Program-made: the position numbers and the translations under genes
Shown: piece by piece, positions 39,944-49,245 of the stretch
Layout: every line of letters begins with the position of its first letter
Numbering within the stretch: position 1 is the first letter of the stretch
The notes under the pieces: generated by a model
What the model saw: the letters and a program-made list of their open reading frames with translations, nothing else
Databases searched by the model: none
What the model was told of the DNA's origin: nothing
Assembly: GCA_026395435.1 (NCBI GenBank)
Contig: JAPLYT010000003.1
Coordinates: 4,024 to 68,023 of the forward strand
Source of the DNA: Candidatus Saccharimonadota bacterium
GTDB lineage: Bacteria > Patescibacteriota > Saccharimonadia > Saccharimonadales > AWTP1-31
DNA length: 64,000 nucleotides
Reading direction: 5' to 3'

Positions 39944-40019
39944 TTTTGTTTGAATATTTATTTTTATATAACACTACTAGTGTATCACGCTTGTGCAACT
40001 AGTTTTCCACAGCCTATAT

Positions 40020-40682
40020 TTACGAGGCGGCCTCAGGAGCCGGACCAAAGGCAGTCTTGACATATTCAAGGCTCGCCATCGCCCCCAAAGCTGATGTAGC
40101 GGCGGCGGATATATCGGCGATAGACTCAACTATGCGCTGTTCTGATTGATCGGCTATTGGTCGGGTATCTAATGCCGCCTGAATGCAATAGCTGGTCAGT
40201 GTTTCCCATTGTCCAAATGTCGTTATCTTACCGGCCGCGGAAGGATGAATTTCAATACCACGCTTTTTTGCAACGAAAGAACTAATCGTATTACTAACGT
40301 TTTGGACAGCAAACGACAGGGCAACGTCTCGGGGAATGATGCCTGCCGAACTTAGTATCTGGATCCCCCGTGCTATCTCAATTTTATCGATCGTCGCATC
40401 GACTAGTTCACCGGTTCTACTTTTTGTGCCTGTCTTGTCGGCAATATATCCGTCAGCCAAATCACAGGCCCGACCACCGACCATTTTTAGACAACCACTA
40501 ACATATTTCTTGTGGGCAATGTCTCGCAGACCAGAGTCGGTGATGACGAGCCCAGCTACACTGACCAGATTTGCTAAGGTGAATAATCCCTTGCTCAGAT
40601 GGGCAGCTTTTTGATGTCCATTATGGTCTTCGCGTCGTATTTGCTTCCATTCGGCTTCAACGTCGGTGCGATGTAAATTCAT
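40020..40682 (-). CDS. CDP-alcohol phosphatidyltransferase family protein
   Basis: TLANLVS and DLADGYIAD...SRTGELVDATIDK match DxxDGxxAx..GxxxDxxxD. Confidence 0.82.
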   Translation of the reverse strand: MNLHRTDVEAEWKQIRREDHNGHQKAAHLSKGLFTLANLVSVAGLVITDSGLRDIAHKKYVSGCLKMVGGRACDLADGYIADKTGTKSRTGELVDATIDKIEIARGIQILSSAGIIPRDVALSFAVQNVSNTISSFVAKKRGIEIHPSAAGKITTFGQWETLTSYCIQAALDTRPIADQSEQRIVESIADISAAATSALGAMASLEYVKTAFGPAPEAAS

Positions 40683-40733
40683 ATGCCTACTCTAAAGGCA
40701 TACCTCACCAACTGCAAGCGTATGCCTTATAAA

Positions 40734-40982
40734 CTATTGAATCCTGCCAGGACGGCGACGATAATTGGCCTCTTTTATATCAGGGCCATAAAACAAATTA
40801 CTGTTACTTACAAAATCTAAAACTTTAGAGCCAATTTTTCGTAATACATGCAGTGATGTAATGTCTGGCTGCTCTAAATCACGAAGCATTTGTTCTGCGC
40901 CAGCAACAATTTGTTGACCTTCTTCGCTCAAATCAACTGGTATGTTGTGCTCATACGGTGGGTCGTATTCGTAATTATCCAT
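40734..40982 (-). CDS. Hypothetical protein
   Basis: Likely start MDNYEY with GGAG RBS, immediately after the upstream stop. Confidence 0.55.
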   Translation of the reverse strand: MDNYEYDPPYEHNIPVDLSEEGQQIVAGAEQMLRDLEQPDITSLHVLRKIGSKVLDFVSNSNLFYGPDIKEANYRRRPGRIQ

Positions 40983-40983
40983 A

Positions 40984-41907
40984 TTATTTCTCCGCACCTT
41001 GCTCTTTGACATGTTTCATACTCATGTTAGTTATATTGGAAAACGGAACATATATTTCTCGGCCTTCAACGAAACCATCGAATCCAATACAAAATAAGTT
41101 TAGTTCTGGGATATAACGAAATCCTTGAGCGCGTGTATCTTCCTCAATGTCTGTATAATACCCTTCTTCAACATGCTCAACTACTCGTCCATTGATATCA
41201 ACCGAAATAATTCTTTCTGTAGATAGAGCTATATCAAACTCATCTAACGGAAGAATAGTGTTGAGATACAGCAAATAGAATGCTGCGAGCATCGAATTTT
41301 GCGTATCAATATACGCTGGTATATCGCCCTGTTCTACAATGCCAGAATTTCCACTACCTTCAAATATTTGACGGAGACGATGGAAATCGACTGGATCAAC
41401 ATATACACAGGCATCTATTTCTTCGGCAATATGATCATCAGGCTCGGGACGAATGGTGTCGATAAATTCTAATTCTTCATCAGGCACCATCACTCTGACA
41501 GTATCAAGCGGCCCAAAAGCATATTGTTCAGTTCGAGTTCGCTCCACAATGGTTTGTCGGGTTATTACGGTGTCGAGCAGTACTGAAACTCCAATAACCC
41601 ACCGCTCTAATGTAACTTCTTCACACGATTCATCATGTTTTACGACAAATACACCATTATTCGATCCAAAGACACTATCTTTTGTGGTCTGTATACCGAC
41701 CACCATATTATCTTTGCCAAGCAAAGGTATATTAACTCCTCCTTGAATAGAAATTCTTCTGCCCTCTATTACTCCTTCAAGTAATGGATCAAGGTCAGCA
41801 TATATTTGCTGCAAATCCTCATCTGCAATATCAGGAAACATGTTCAATCGATCTTGCACTTCAAGACCAATCTCACGGAATGCTTCGAAGTCCTCTTCAA
41901 TACTCAT
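40984..41907 (-). CDS. Acidic hypothetical protein
   Basis: Long ORF; TATAAT 6 nt before MSIEED. Confidence 0.7.
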   Translation of the reverse strand: MSIEEDFEAFREIGLEVQDRLNMFPDIADEDLQQIYADLDPLLEGVIEGRRISIQGGVNIPLLGKDNMVVGIQTTKDSVFGSNNGVFVVKHDESCEEVTLERWVIGVSVLLDTVITRQTIVERTRTEQYAFGPLDTVRVMVPDEELEFIDTIRPEPDDHIAEEIDACVYVDPVDFHRLRQIFEGSGNSGIVEQGDIPAYIDTQNSMLAAFYLLYLNTILPLDEFDIALSTERIISVDINGRVVEHVEEGYYTDIEEDTRAQGFRYIPELNLFCIGFDGFVEGREIYVPFSNITNMSMKHVKEQGAEK

Positions 41908-41932
41908 TGCACTATTATACAATATTTTTGAT

Positions 41933-42391
41933 TTATATGGAAGTAGTCGTTATTTCCGACACAGCTAATACGGGCACATGCAGTAGTTCTGAGTCTTCTG
42001 TATGCTCAAAAGATGGTAGCAATAATGCTGTTGTGAACGTTAGGCAAATTGCCCGAACAGCATTACCACCAATAATTCTGCCGATATGGACCTTGGAATA
42101 ACAACGAAATTGAGCCTCAAATTGTAAACCAAAAATACTCGTATAGGTGACCAATTCGGTAGCTTCAAAAGAGCCTGGAACAATAAAACCGCGATATGAC
42201 TCTACGAAGTAGGTTTGATCAATAAAACCTAGATCAGATGCCGCGCTATCAAGTTCAGCAAGCGTTTGAAGATCGTTTGCCATTACATCAAAACTCAGTG
42301 AAGGCTCGAGCTCTGCCCTTTTGGAGGCCAATTCAACAGGATTTATGGGTAGCTCAAGAAGACTCATAATGCCCCGTATAGTACCCCTCAA
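41933..42391 (-). CDS. Hypothetical protein
   Basis: About 150-aa ORF in a co-oriented run. Confidence 0.6.
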   Translation of the reverse strand: MRGTIRGIMSLLELPINPVELASKRAELEPSLSFDVMANDLQTLAELDSAASDLGFIDQTYFVESYRGFIVPGSFEATELVTYTSIFGLQFEAQFRCYSKVHIGRIIGGNAVRAICLTFTTALLLPSFEHTEDSELLHVPVLAVSEITTTSI

Positions 42392-42420
42392 ATAATTTCA
42401 TGGCAAGAATATTGTGTGAT

Positions 42421-42840
42421 CTACTGCATTATTTCAGAAACCGGAATAGATTGGAGTATATTGCCTGCCGTAACCGCAGTATTGATGAGCTCAAGGGATG
42501 TCATGCCTAGTGCATGGGCGGAGTCTGCATATTCTGCAGGAATTACGCACGATATTTGATGGCGGCGGTAGACAAAGCGCAATGATGCACAGACGATATA
42601 GGCCTCGGTAGGCGCCAAAAAGAGACTGGTACTTTGATCAGTTTCTTGGATAACATCATCAATCATGTCAGCTACCGACAAGGGGATAAGCTGATCGTAG
42701 GATGATGTGTTCTGCCTCGTTTCCAGTGAGCCGGCGTCAAACCAAATCGGCACGCATGCACGCACCGCTAGACGCTCATCCAATGAATCGGATCTAAGAG
42801 CATCGATATTACCAGTTGCTCGATTTCTAATAACTTCCAT
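42421..42840 (-). CDS. Hypothetical protein
   Basis: 139-aa ORF starting 6 nt after the aspS stop. Confidence 0.55.
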   Translation of the reverse strand: MEVIRNRATGNIDALRSDSLDERLAVRACVPIWFDAGSLETRQNTSSYDQLIPLSVADMIDDVIQETDQSTSLFLAPTEAYIVCASLRFVYRRHQISCVIPAEYADSAHALGMTSLELINTAVTAGNILQSIPVSEIMQ

Positions 42841-42846
42841 GTGCTT

Positions 42847-44107
42847 CTAGGGGCCGAGGCGGTTGATGTCGCGTGGGAAGAGGGTAGCCTCTTTGATGTT
42901 GTTAAGCTTGAAAAGCTTCTCAACTAAACGTTCTAGCCCCAATCCAAACCCACCGTGTGGTGGCATACCGTATTTAAAGGCGCTGACGTATGGCGCGAAT
43001 CCAGGATGAGTCGGGTCGATGCCCCGCTCTTCCATCTGCGTGAGAAGCTGGGCATAGTCGTTTTGTCGCATACTCAAGGTGGCAATTTCTACACCGCGGT
43101 ACAATAGGTCGGCACGAAGTGCTAGGTTTTCATCCTGCTCATCTGATTTGTGATAGAACTTGAAGGTTTTACTCTTGGCGCTCCAGCCAGTCACAAATAC
43201 GGCGTCGGTGCCCTTGTTTTTCTTAGCCCATTCACAAATCCATTTCTCCTCAGAAGGTGCGAGATCATCTTCGCCGACGTGATCTTCTTTGGTGGCTTTT
43301 AGGAACATCTCGTGAATTTCATCGATGGTAATGCGAGGGATGTCTTCTGCTCGGTCTGGGAGTTCAGTCTTGACGACGTTCCACATTTTGAAAGCATACT
43401 CATGAGTGTTCCAGGTGCTTTCTACGACATGCTTGAGTAAACCACCGGTGAAGTTGAGGAGGTCATCGAAGTTGATGAAGCCCATTTCACAGTCGATGGA
43501 AGTATATTCGGTCATATGCCGAGTGGTTGCACTTGGTTCAGCACGGTATACGGGCGCGATTTCATAAACACGCTCGAACACGCCAACCATTATTTGCTTG
43601 TAAAACTGTGGGCTTTGAGCGAGTGTAGCTTCTTTGCCAAAATAGTCGAGCTTGAAGACTTCGGTGCCTCCTTCGGTCGCTTCAGCAAGGAGTTTTGGTG
43701 TCCGCATTTCAGTGAATTCATTTTCATCAAAGTAGGTTCGAACGGCAGAGCCAACAGCAGCCTGAACTTTAAAGATTGCTTGTTCTTGGAGGTTACGAAG
43801 ACCAATAACTCGGTTATCGAGTAAGGTGTCGAGGTGTTCGCTTTTATGGCTCAGTGGTTTGTCAATCTCAACGGGTGGCTCGTCGGTGACGGGCACTTGT
43901 ACGGTGATTTCTGGATCGTGAATTTCAGCACCACCAGGTGCACGCTCATCTTCGATGACTTCTCCTGAAATAGAAAGAATGGTACCGATTTGAAGTCCAC
44001 GAAGTTTTTCGACTTCGGCCGCCTAATAGTCGTTTTTTATGGAGCCAGCCCTGTACCGTAGCCTGGCCGCCGATTGATCCGGCGATGTCTTTTGCAAGTG
44101 TTCTCAT
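42847..44107 (-). pseudogene. aspS: Aspartate--tRNA ligase (non-discriminating, archaeal-type), frameshifted with an apparent internal deletion at about 44017
   Basis: True start at 44107 (MRTLAKDI...VQGWLHKKRLLGG, AAGGA RBS), then a frame switch to EVEKLRG...; class II motifs LAQSPQFYKQ, YRAE..RH..EY, GMPPHGGFGLGLERL, LFPRD. Confidence 0.85.
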
Positions 44108-44164
44108 GATGGTTCCTTTGTGGGATAAGTTGATTTGTTTTCAGGTTGGAATAGGGTCGATAAC

Positions 44165-44239
44165 TCAAGCAAAACGCACCGTAGACGTCTTACTGACGAC
44201 CCGGAGATTATTATCTTGCGTGATTACCACTGTTAACAT
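44165..44239 (-). promoter_or_regulatory. Putative aspS leader peptide (24 aa, contains Asp-Asn-Asn) with overlapping hairpin
   Basis: TGGTATAAT-7 nt-ATG; MLTVVITQDNNLRVVSKTSTVRFA*; GGGTCG...CGACCC-closed stem starting just after the DNN codons. Confidence 0.55.
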
Positions 44240-44247
44240 GACGCTAA

Positions 44248-44867
44248 TTATACCATATTACCGTTGGACTGCGTTGCGATCCAATCAAAAGCTTTGGCGA
44301 GCGCCTTCTCGCGGTGAGTTCGAAATCCTCCCCTGTCTTCAATCGAGGTGCCATGAATTTCATAGATCATCTTGTCTATTTCCGGTAAATACATCAACGA
44401 TCGGAAAGGAAAACCCTCACACGGAAGTATTTCACTGGATGCCCAGGTATCTTGACGGTGACAACTGATATGAACTGAGCATCCCGTTCACCCCCTTTTT
44501 TGCCGTCCAATTGTTCCAAACAGTGATCAATTATTTCTTGATCGGTCATCGGGTAGCCCTTCCAACGCCTGGAGTGGACTCCGGGAGCGTTGCCGAGCAC
44601 GGGGATTTCAATACCACCATCATCGGCAATGATAATAAGATCTGGTTCCATCAGCTGATCGGCGTACGCCATGACCTTAAGGAGTGAGTTTTCCTCGTAC
44701 GTGTCACCGGTCTCGTCAACGTCAAGCTCAAGGCCAATGTCCTTGACTGAAACTAGGTTAACGCCAGCCGATTTAGCAAAGATTGAAGCCTCCGTTAGCT
44801 TACCCGGGTTGCTGGTAGCAAAGAGAATTTTAGTTTTTGGTTTGGTCTGATTCTTCTTTTGTGTCAT
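44248..44867 (-). pseudogene. rdgB: Non-canonical purine NTP pyrophosphatase (HAM1/RdgB), frameshifted with an apparent deletion at about 44420
   Basis: ILFATSNPGK, ETG.TYEENS..K, ADDGG, PGVHSRRW in one frame; EGFPFRSL...THREKAL in another frame ending at TAA 44248. Confidence 0.8.
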
Positions 44868-45924
44868 TCGATTTTCCTTCTGCAGGTGTATGTTCGGGGT
44901 CTGCTGATGCATGAGTGTGACGCTTAGCATCTGCCTTAGCTTGCAAAGCTGCAACTGCACGGAGATCATCGTATCGATCAAATTCATCAATTATTTGCTT
45001 GCCCAAAATTCTCTCCAGTACGTCTTCGATAGTAATAATTCCGACAATTTCTTCAAAGCTATTCACTACCATGAAAAGATGATGTTTAGTCCGTAAGAAT
45101 GCTTGCAGGGCATGGTCGAGCGTTTTATCTTCGGCTACATAATAGACTGATTTCTTCATCAGATTTTTGACTGATCCACCCTGTTTCGCGGTTACTAAAT
45201 CATGCATATAGAGAGTTCCGACAATTTCACCTGACGATGGATCTTCCACAGGAAACCGGGAGAATCCACTTTTGTGAAGTTCGGTCATCAGGATTGGACC
45301 CACTGAATCAGTGCTTTTTACCATGGTAACGACGCGTTTTGGTGTCATCTCATCACGAATAATTTCGTCACTAAATGTCAGAGCACTTTTGACAATGCCA
45401 ATTTCATATGGGGTCATCCGGTTATCAGACTGCAGTACTTGTTTATCGAGTAGATCAATGAGATCTTCTTTTTGGTAGATACCACTGTGAATCGTGATAC
45501 GACCACGAGAGTGAATAATGCCGCCAATTCGATTCAGTAGTGGATAGAGAAAGCTTAGTATTTTTGCAAACACAGGTGCTAGTGTTTGAGCGAGTCGATG
45601 ACTAATGTCAGATACACGAGCGGTTGGTAGCCATGCAAAGGCCACCCACAGTAGTGCGGCACATCCAAACAATGCTAACCACGACGGCATATTAATCGAC
45701 AAAACCACAAAGAACCCACTTGCGCTCAAGCCTACGATTATCCAAAGCAACAGGTCCAAGCTAAAGCCATATGCCGAGGCAGCAAACAGCGCTTTAGCGA
45801 ATTCATCACCAGATTTGGCGCGTCTTTTTAGCTCTTTTAAGGGAATCTTGGTATACGTTTTTTGAAGCGATACGCTGAGAAGCGTTATCCCTGCGAGAAG
45901 GAGAATAATAATAAACAAAATCAT
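44830..45924 (-). CDS. CNNM/CorC-like membrane protein with CBS pair
   Basis: N-terminal TM region; MTP, SGFSRFPV, HLFMVV..GIITIEDVLE.ILG..I.DEFD. Confidence 0.87.
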   Translation of the reverse strand: MILFIIILLLAGITLLSVSLQKTYTKIPLKELKRRAKSGDEFAKALFAASAYGFSLDLLLWIIVGLSASGFFVVLSINMPSWLALFGCAALLWVAFAWLPTARVSDISHRLAQTLAPVFAKILSFLYPLLNRIGGIIHSRGRITIHSGIYQKEDLIDLLDKQVLQSDNRMTPYEIGIVKSALTFSDEIIRDEMTPKRVVTMVKSTDSVGPILMTELHKSGFSRFPVEDPSSGEIVGTLYMHDLVTAKQGGSVKNLMKKSVYYVAEDKTLDHALQAFLRTKHHLFMVVNSFEEIVGIITIEDVLERILGKQIIDEFDRYDDLRAVAALQAKADAKRHTHASADPEHTPAEGKSNDTKEESDQTKN

Positions 45925-46033
45925 ACTAATGAGTATAGGGTGAAATGGACAAAGTAGAAAGTAGCTCTATGGATCTACTGAAACGTCCTATATTGGACTA
46001 TCTGACAAACAGACTATTTGATACTATAAAAGA

Positions 46034-46684
46034 ATGAGTAAAAGATTTTTGGTTATTTTAGCAGTTTGTGTTCTTGGTTTAGTCGGTATCTACGTAGCAA
46101 CATCTAAAAAGGCTGACGCACCAACCTCTAAGACAGGTAGTAGCTCTACGAGTAAACTTAGTAATAATGTCATTGGCAAAAATACAAAAGGCGTCCAATT
46201 GACCGAATATGGTGATTTCCAATGTCCTGCCTGTGGCGCCTACCATCCAATAGTGAAACAAGTCGTCGAAAAATATAAAAACGAAATTCAGTTCCAGTTC
46301 CGTAACTTCCCTTTACAGCAACTTCATAAGAATGCCAGGTCTAGTGCTCGGGCAGCAGAAGCAGCCGCAAAGCAGAACAAGTATTGGGAAATGCATGACC
46401 TTCTCTATGAGCAACAAGATGCATGGAAAGATAGCACAACACCAAATGTTATTTTTGAAGGCTATGCATCACAGCTTGGTCTCAATACCGCAAAATTTAA
46501 AACTGATTTTGCAAGTACGGAAGTCAACGAAATAATCAATGCTGACTATGCCGAGGGCACACGTCTAGAAATAAATTCTACCCCTACGTTCTTCTTGCAG
46601 GGTAAGAAGATCACTCAGTCTCCGCGCGACGTAGAAGGTTTCAGCAAACTCATCGATCAAGCAATAAAAGACGCCAAAAAGTAA
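46034..46684 (+). CDS. dsbA: DsbA-family thiol-disulfide oxidoreductase
   Basis: N-terminal TM; EYGDFQCPAC, RNFPL, STPTFF. Confidence 0.9.
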   Translation: MSKRFLVILAVCVLGLVGIYVATSKKADAPTSKTGSSSTSKLSNNVIGKNTKGVQLTEYGDFQCPACGAYHPIVKQVVEKYKNEIQFQFRNFPLQQLHKNARSSARAAEAAAKQNKYWEMHDLLYEQQDAWKDSTTPNVIFEGYASQLGLNTAKFKTDFASTEVNEIINADYAEGTRLEINSTPTFFLQGKKITQSPRDVEGFSKLIDQAIKDAKK

Positions 46685-46691
46685 ACGTTGG

Positions 46692-47366
46692 CTATACTTT
46701 CGGGTACACTACTTTGGATGAAACAGGGGCGAGTTTCACGGTTTTTGGCAGTAACCTTCTTACGATTCTGAACGCATCTTCACTGCTGCCCATTGGAGAA
46801 ATCTTTCCAAGCTCCACGCGATACAACTCCGATTTTCTAGAGAATCTCCAACCTGGAAATTCTGAAAAAATTATTTCCTCAACTGCACGCTGATCATTAT
46901 CTAATGTCCTATCTCTATCCTGGATCAAATCAACAGAGAGTATTTTTTTATTGGCGATTAATACCCTAATTGCACCAAGCTTGAGAGTTAGAAGCGGGTT
47001 TACTTGTAGCTCAGTCTGTTCTTCAGGAGTCTGAGTAGCTTCATCTGCTAGCACTTCGGAAGCATCTTCAGCTGTTGCAGCGCTTGATTCTTCAGCCTTT
47101 TCTGCACGTGTTTTTGGGTCGTTACTTTGTAACGCTTCTATACTATCGTGGATATTTTGCACTATGAGTGGATCTCTGGGTACATGTCTTAAAACGCGAC
47201 TGCTCAAGAGGTGCGTACGCAAATTATCACTTTCATGTGTCCATGACATTACGGGTGATAGTTCAGCCCTTATTTCATCGAAACAGGTTACAAACTCAGG
47301 GATTGGGGCAATCTTGCGGTAAACAGCAGAAAAAACTTGTTCATCGGGTAATATTTCTTGACGCAT
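46692..47366 (-). CDS. Hypothetical protein
   Basis: 224-aa ORF. Confidence 0.6.
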   Translation of the reverse strand: MRQEILPDEQVFSAVYRKIAPIPEFVTCFDEIRAELSPVMSWTHESDNLRTHLLSSRVLRHVPRDPLIVQNIHDSIEALQSNDPKTRAEKAEESSAATAEDASEVLADEATQTPEEQTELQVNPLLTLKLGAIRVLIANKKILSVDLIQDRDRTLDNDQRAVEEIIFSEFPGWRFSRKSELYRVELGKISPMGSSEDAFRIVRRLLPKTVKLAPVSSKVVYPKV

Positions 47367-47432
47367 ATTATACTATCTTACATAATATATACATTTAAGC
47401 AAGCATGTGCGTTATGAACGTATCGCACAATT

Positions 47433-47585
47433 CTATGTTTTGAATGAGCTGTGTATGAGTTCAAAGCACTCGATACAGAGATGATATTTGTGAACAGTGT
47501 CAGATTCGTCTGGTGGGCTCAGTAAGATTCCACCAAACTCGTTTAGTTCTTTGCCGCATTTGTCGCATGTTGGAGATATTGCCAT
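47433..47585 (-). CDS. Small Zn-finger protein, 50 aa (absent from the ORF track)
   Basis: MAISPTCDKCGKELNEFGGILLSPPDESDTVHKYHLCIECFELIHSSFKT*; CxxC...CxxC; TAGAAT 6 nt before ATG. Confidence 0.7.
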   Translation of the reverse strand: MAISPTCDKCGKELNEFGGILLSPPDESDTVHKYHLCIECFELIHSSFKT

Positions 47586-47617
47586 ACTGGTATTCTATAG
47601 CGGAATTACAGCAATTT

Positions 47618-48595
47618 CTATAGGACGTGAGCTATCTGGTGTTCGTCTTCAATCTCTTGACCAATGATTTCTTCTACCACGTCCTCGATGGTAACTATCC
47701 CGCAAAACTTATCACCATGAGTAACCGGCATTAAATGAGTTCGTGCCGCGATAAATCGCCGGAAAATTGTATCAAGTGCGGTCATACGTCCGATCGGCCT
47801 TGTCGGGTGAAGATTTAGTTCGCGTACCGCAATAGCTGTTTCATCGAAATCCATATCAACTAAATCTTTCATAAGCACCAGACCATAACATTCAGTCATA
47901 GATGGGTTAAAAACAGGAATCCGACTATACATCTTCCGTTTAATTTCATCGATTTTATCCCCATCAATAATGTCGTCTATAAATAGATAGTAGGTTCTTC
48001 GAATAGGAGTCATGACGTTTCGAACATGTTTTTCACTCAGCGACAGTGCACCACGAATGATCTCTACCTCACTGTCATCAAGTTCGCTGTCAGTATGTTT
48101 GACATGTTCTGCGATTAAAAGGCCGAGTTCTTGACGTGAGTGAAGAGACCCTGGCTGATGTTTAAAAAGCTTATCGAGTAGTAACTGTAATGGTTTTGAC
48201 AGTGGATAGGTTATAAAAATCATCACTTTCAAAATAGGTGCAAGCTTTGCCGTAAAATCCAGAGGTCTTCTGACAAAAATTGCCTGTGGGAAAATTTCAC
48301 CAAAAACAACGATCAGAAGTGTACTCGCGATGCCTGCTACTAAACCACTAAAACGGTGTTCGAGAGTCAGTGAGGTTGTAGAAATAACTGCTACGTTCGT
48401 AAACAAAATACTTACTAAACTTAGATGACCGTTCTTTCGAAGTGGCAATACTGCCTTGGCACGTTTATCGCCAAGTTTTGCTTTACGTTTTAAATCGGCC
48501 AAGTCAAGAGACATCAGCGAGAGGTTAAGACCAGAGCAAACTGCAGACATGCCCACGAGCACTACGGCTTGGACAGCTAATTTGATATTATCCAT
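47618..48595 (-). CDS. CNNM (DUF21) domain and CBS pair protein
   Basis: SGLNLSLMSLD, VFGEIFPQA, VMTPI, YSRIPV, GIVTIEDVVEEIIGQEIEDE. Confidence 0.9.
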   Translation of the reverse strand: MDNIKLAVQAVVLVGMSAVCSGLNLSLMSLDLADLKRKAKLGDKRAKAVLPLRKNGHLSLVSILFTNVAVISTTSLTLEHRFSGLVAGIASTLLIVVFGEIFPQAIFVRRPLDFTAKLAPILKVMIFITYPLSKPLQLLLDKLFKHQPGSLHSRQELGLLIAEHVKHTDSELDDSEVEIIRGALSLSEKHVRNVMTPIRRTYYLFIDDIIDGDKIDEIKRKMYSRIPVFNPSMTECYGLVLMKDLVDMDFDETAIAVRELNLHPTRPIGRMTALDTIFRRFIAARTHLMPVTHGDKFCGIVTIEDVVEEIIGQEIEDEHQIAHVL

Positions 48596-48644
48596 TATTT
48601 AATTACTATTTGATTCATGTAAATTATCTAAAATTATACCATAC

Positions 48645-48675
48645 AACAAAAACGAGGCCCCCTGCTGGGACCCCT
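48645..48675 (-). terminator. Intrinsic terminator-like hairpin
   Basis: GGGGTCCC-loop-GGGGCCTC followed by GTTTTTGTT on the minus strand. Confidence 0.6.
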
Positions 48676-48750
48676 AAACATTCGTAACAACTTTTCTTTA
48701 TTATCTATTCTTACCGATCATATTTTCTGCGCTTGAGATAGTTCATCTAT

Positions 48751-48938
48751 CACTATGCCCGAACGTTTCACGCTTGAGTTAATTTCGGTGCGAAGCTGAG
48801 GAGTGAAGCGAGCCGTGCATATAGTACGGTGCTGCGAACCCCGGAGGCTTCAAACTGAAAGTAGCCAAGAGGCAATGCATAAATACGGCTTTGCCGAATT
48901 TTAGTATTGCCGGCGTGAACTGCGAGGCACTAATAGTG
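48751..48938 (+). repeat. Structured palindromic element, copy 1 (three-way junction)
   Basis: TTCACGC/GCGTGAA closing stem; long arm ending GCCGTGC-ATATA-GTACGGT; second arm ending CGGC-TTT-GCCG; colinear with 59256-59422. Confidence 0.75.
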
Positions 48939-49134
48939 GAGGAACTGTTGCCAACTAGCCTTTTTAATTTTAACTTCCACGTTAATACTCCTCGAATGTA
49001 TTGATTTAACTTTAATTCCCATTTCCTCTTCCCTCACTTTTAGGGCCACAAAGAACGTCTCAAATTCTTCTTGGCTTTATTTTTAATTATTTTTGTTTTT
49101 CCATTGGTACTATTTGTACGCAAAGAATGTAATG

Positions 49135-49163
49135 ATTCTACATAAGCATTATCGGATTGTCAA
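49135..49163 (-). promoter_or_regulatory. Near-consensus sigma70 promoter with no long ORF downstream
   Basis: TTGACA-17 nt-TAGAAT on the minus strand. Confidence 0.7.
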
Positions 49164-49245
49164 ATCTAATTTTTACAGGCCTCGCATTCAAGACCAACAT
49201 GGTATACTAAGCGTAAGTATTACTAATATTAGGGGCACCAAAAAA

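Noticed and set aside
44014..44025. Programmed ribosomal frameshift in aspS
   Set aside because: No slippery heptamer at the junction, and a conserved protein segment is missing, so frameshifting alone would not restore the domain
44110..44250. T-box riboswitch upstream of aspS
   Set aside because: Region is short, lacks the GGTGGNACCGCG T-box consensus and has no U-tailed terminator
44085..44468. 127-aa + strand ORF from the track
   Set aside because: Antisense to the rdgB C-terminus, the leader region and the aspS start; no recognisable motifs
44830..48595. Two nearby CNNM/CBS genes as a novel system
   Set aside because: Paralogous CorC/CNNM genes are common; nothing beyond proximity supports a special function
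48645..49130. tmRNA, RNase P RNA or SRP RNA
   Set aside because: No tRNA-like GGGG...CCA ends, no GAGGAAAGTCC RNase P motif and no SRP domain IV motif recognised
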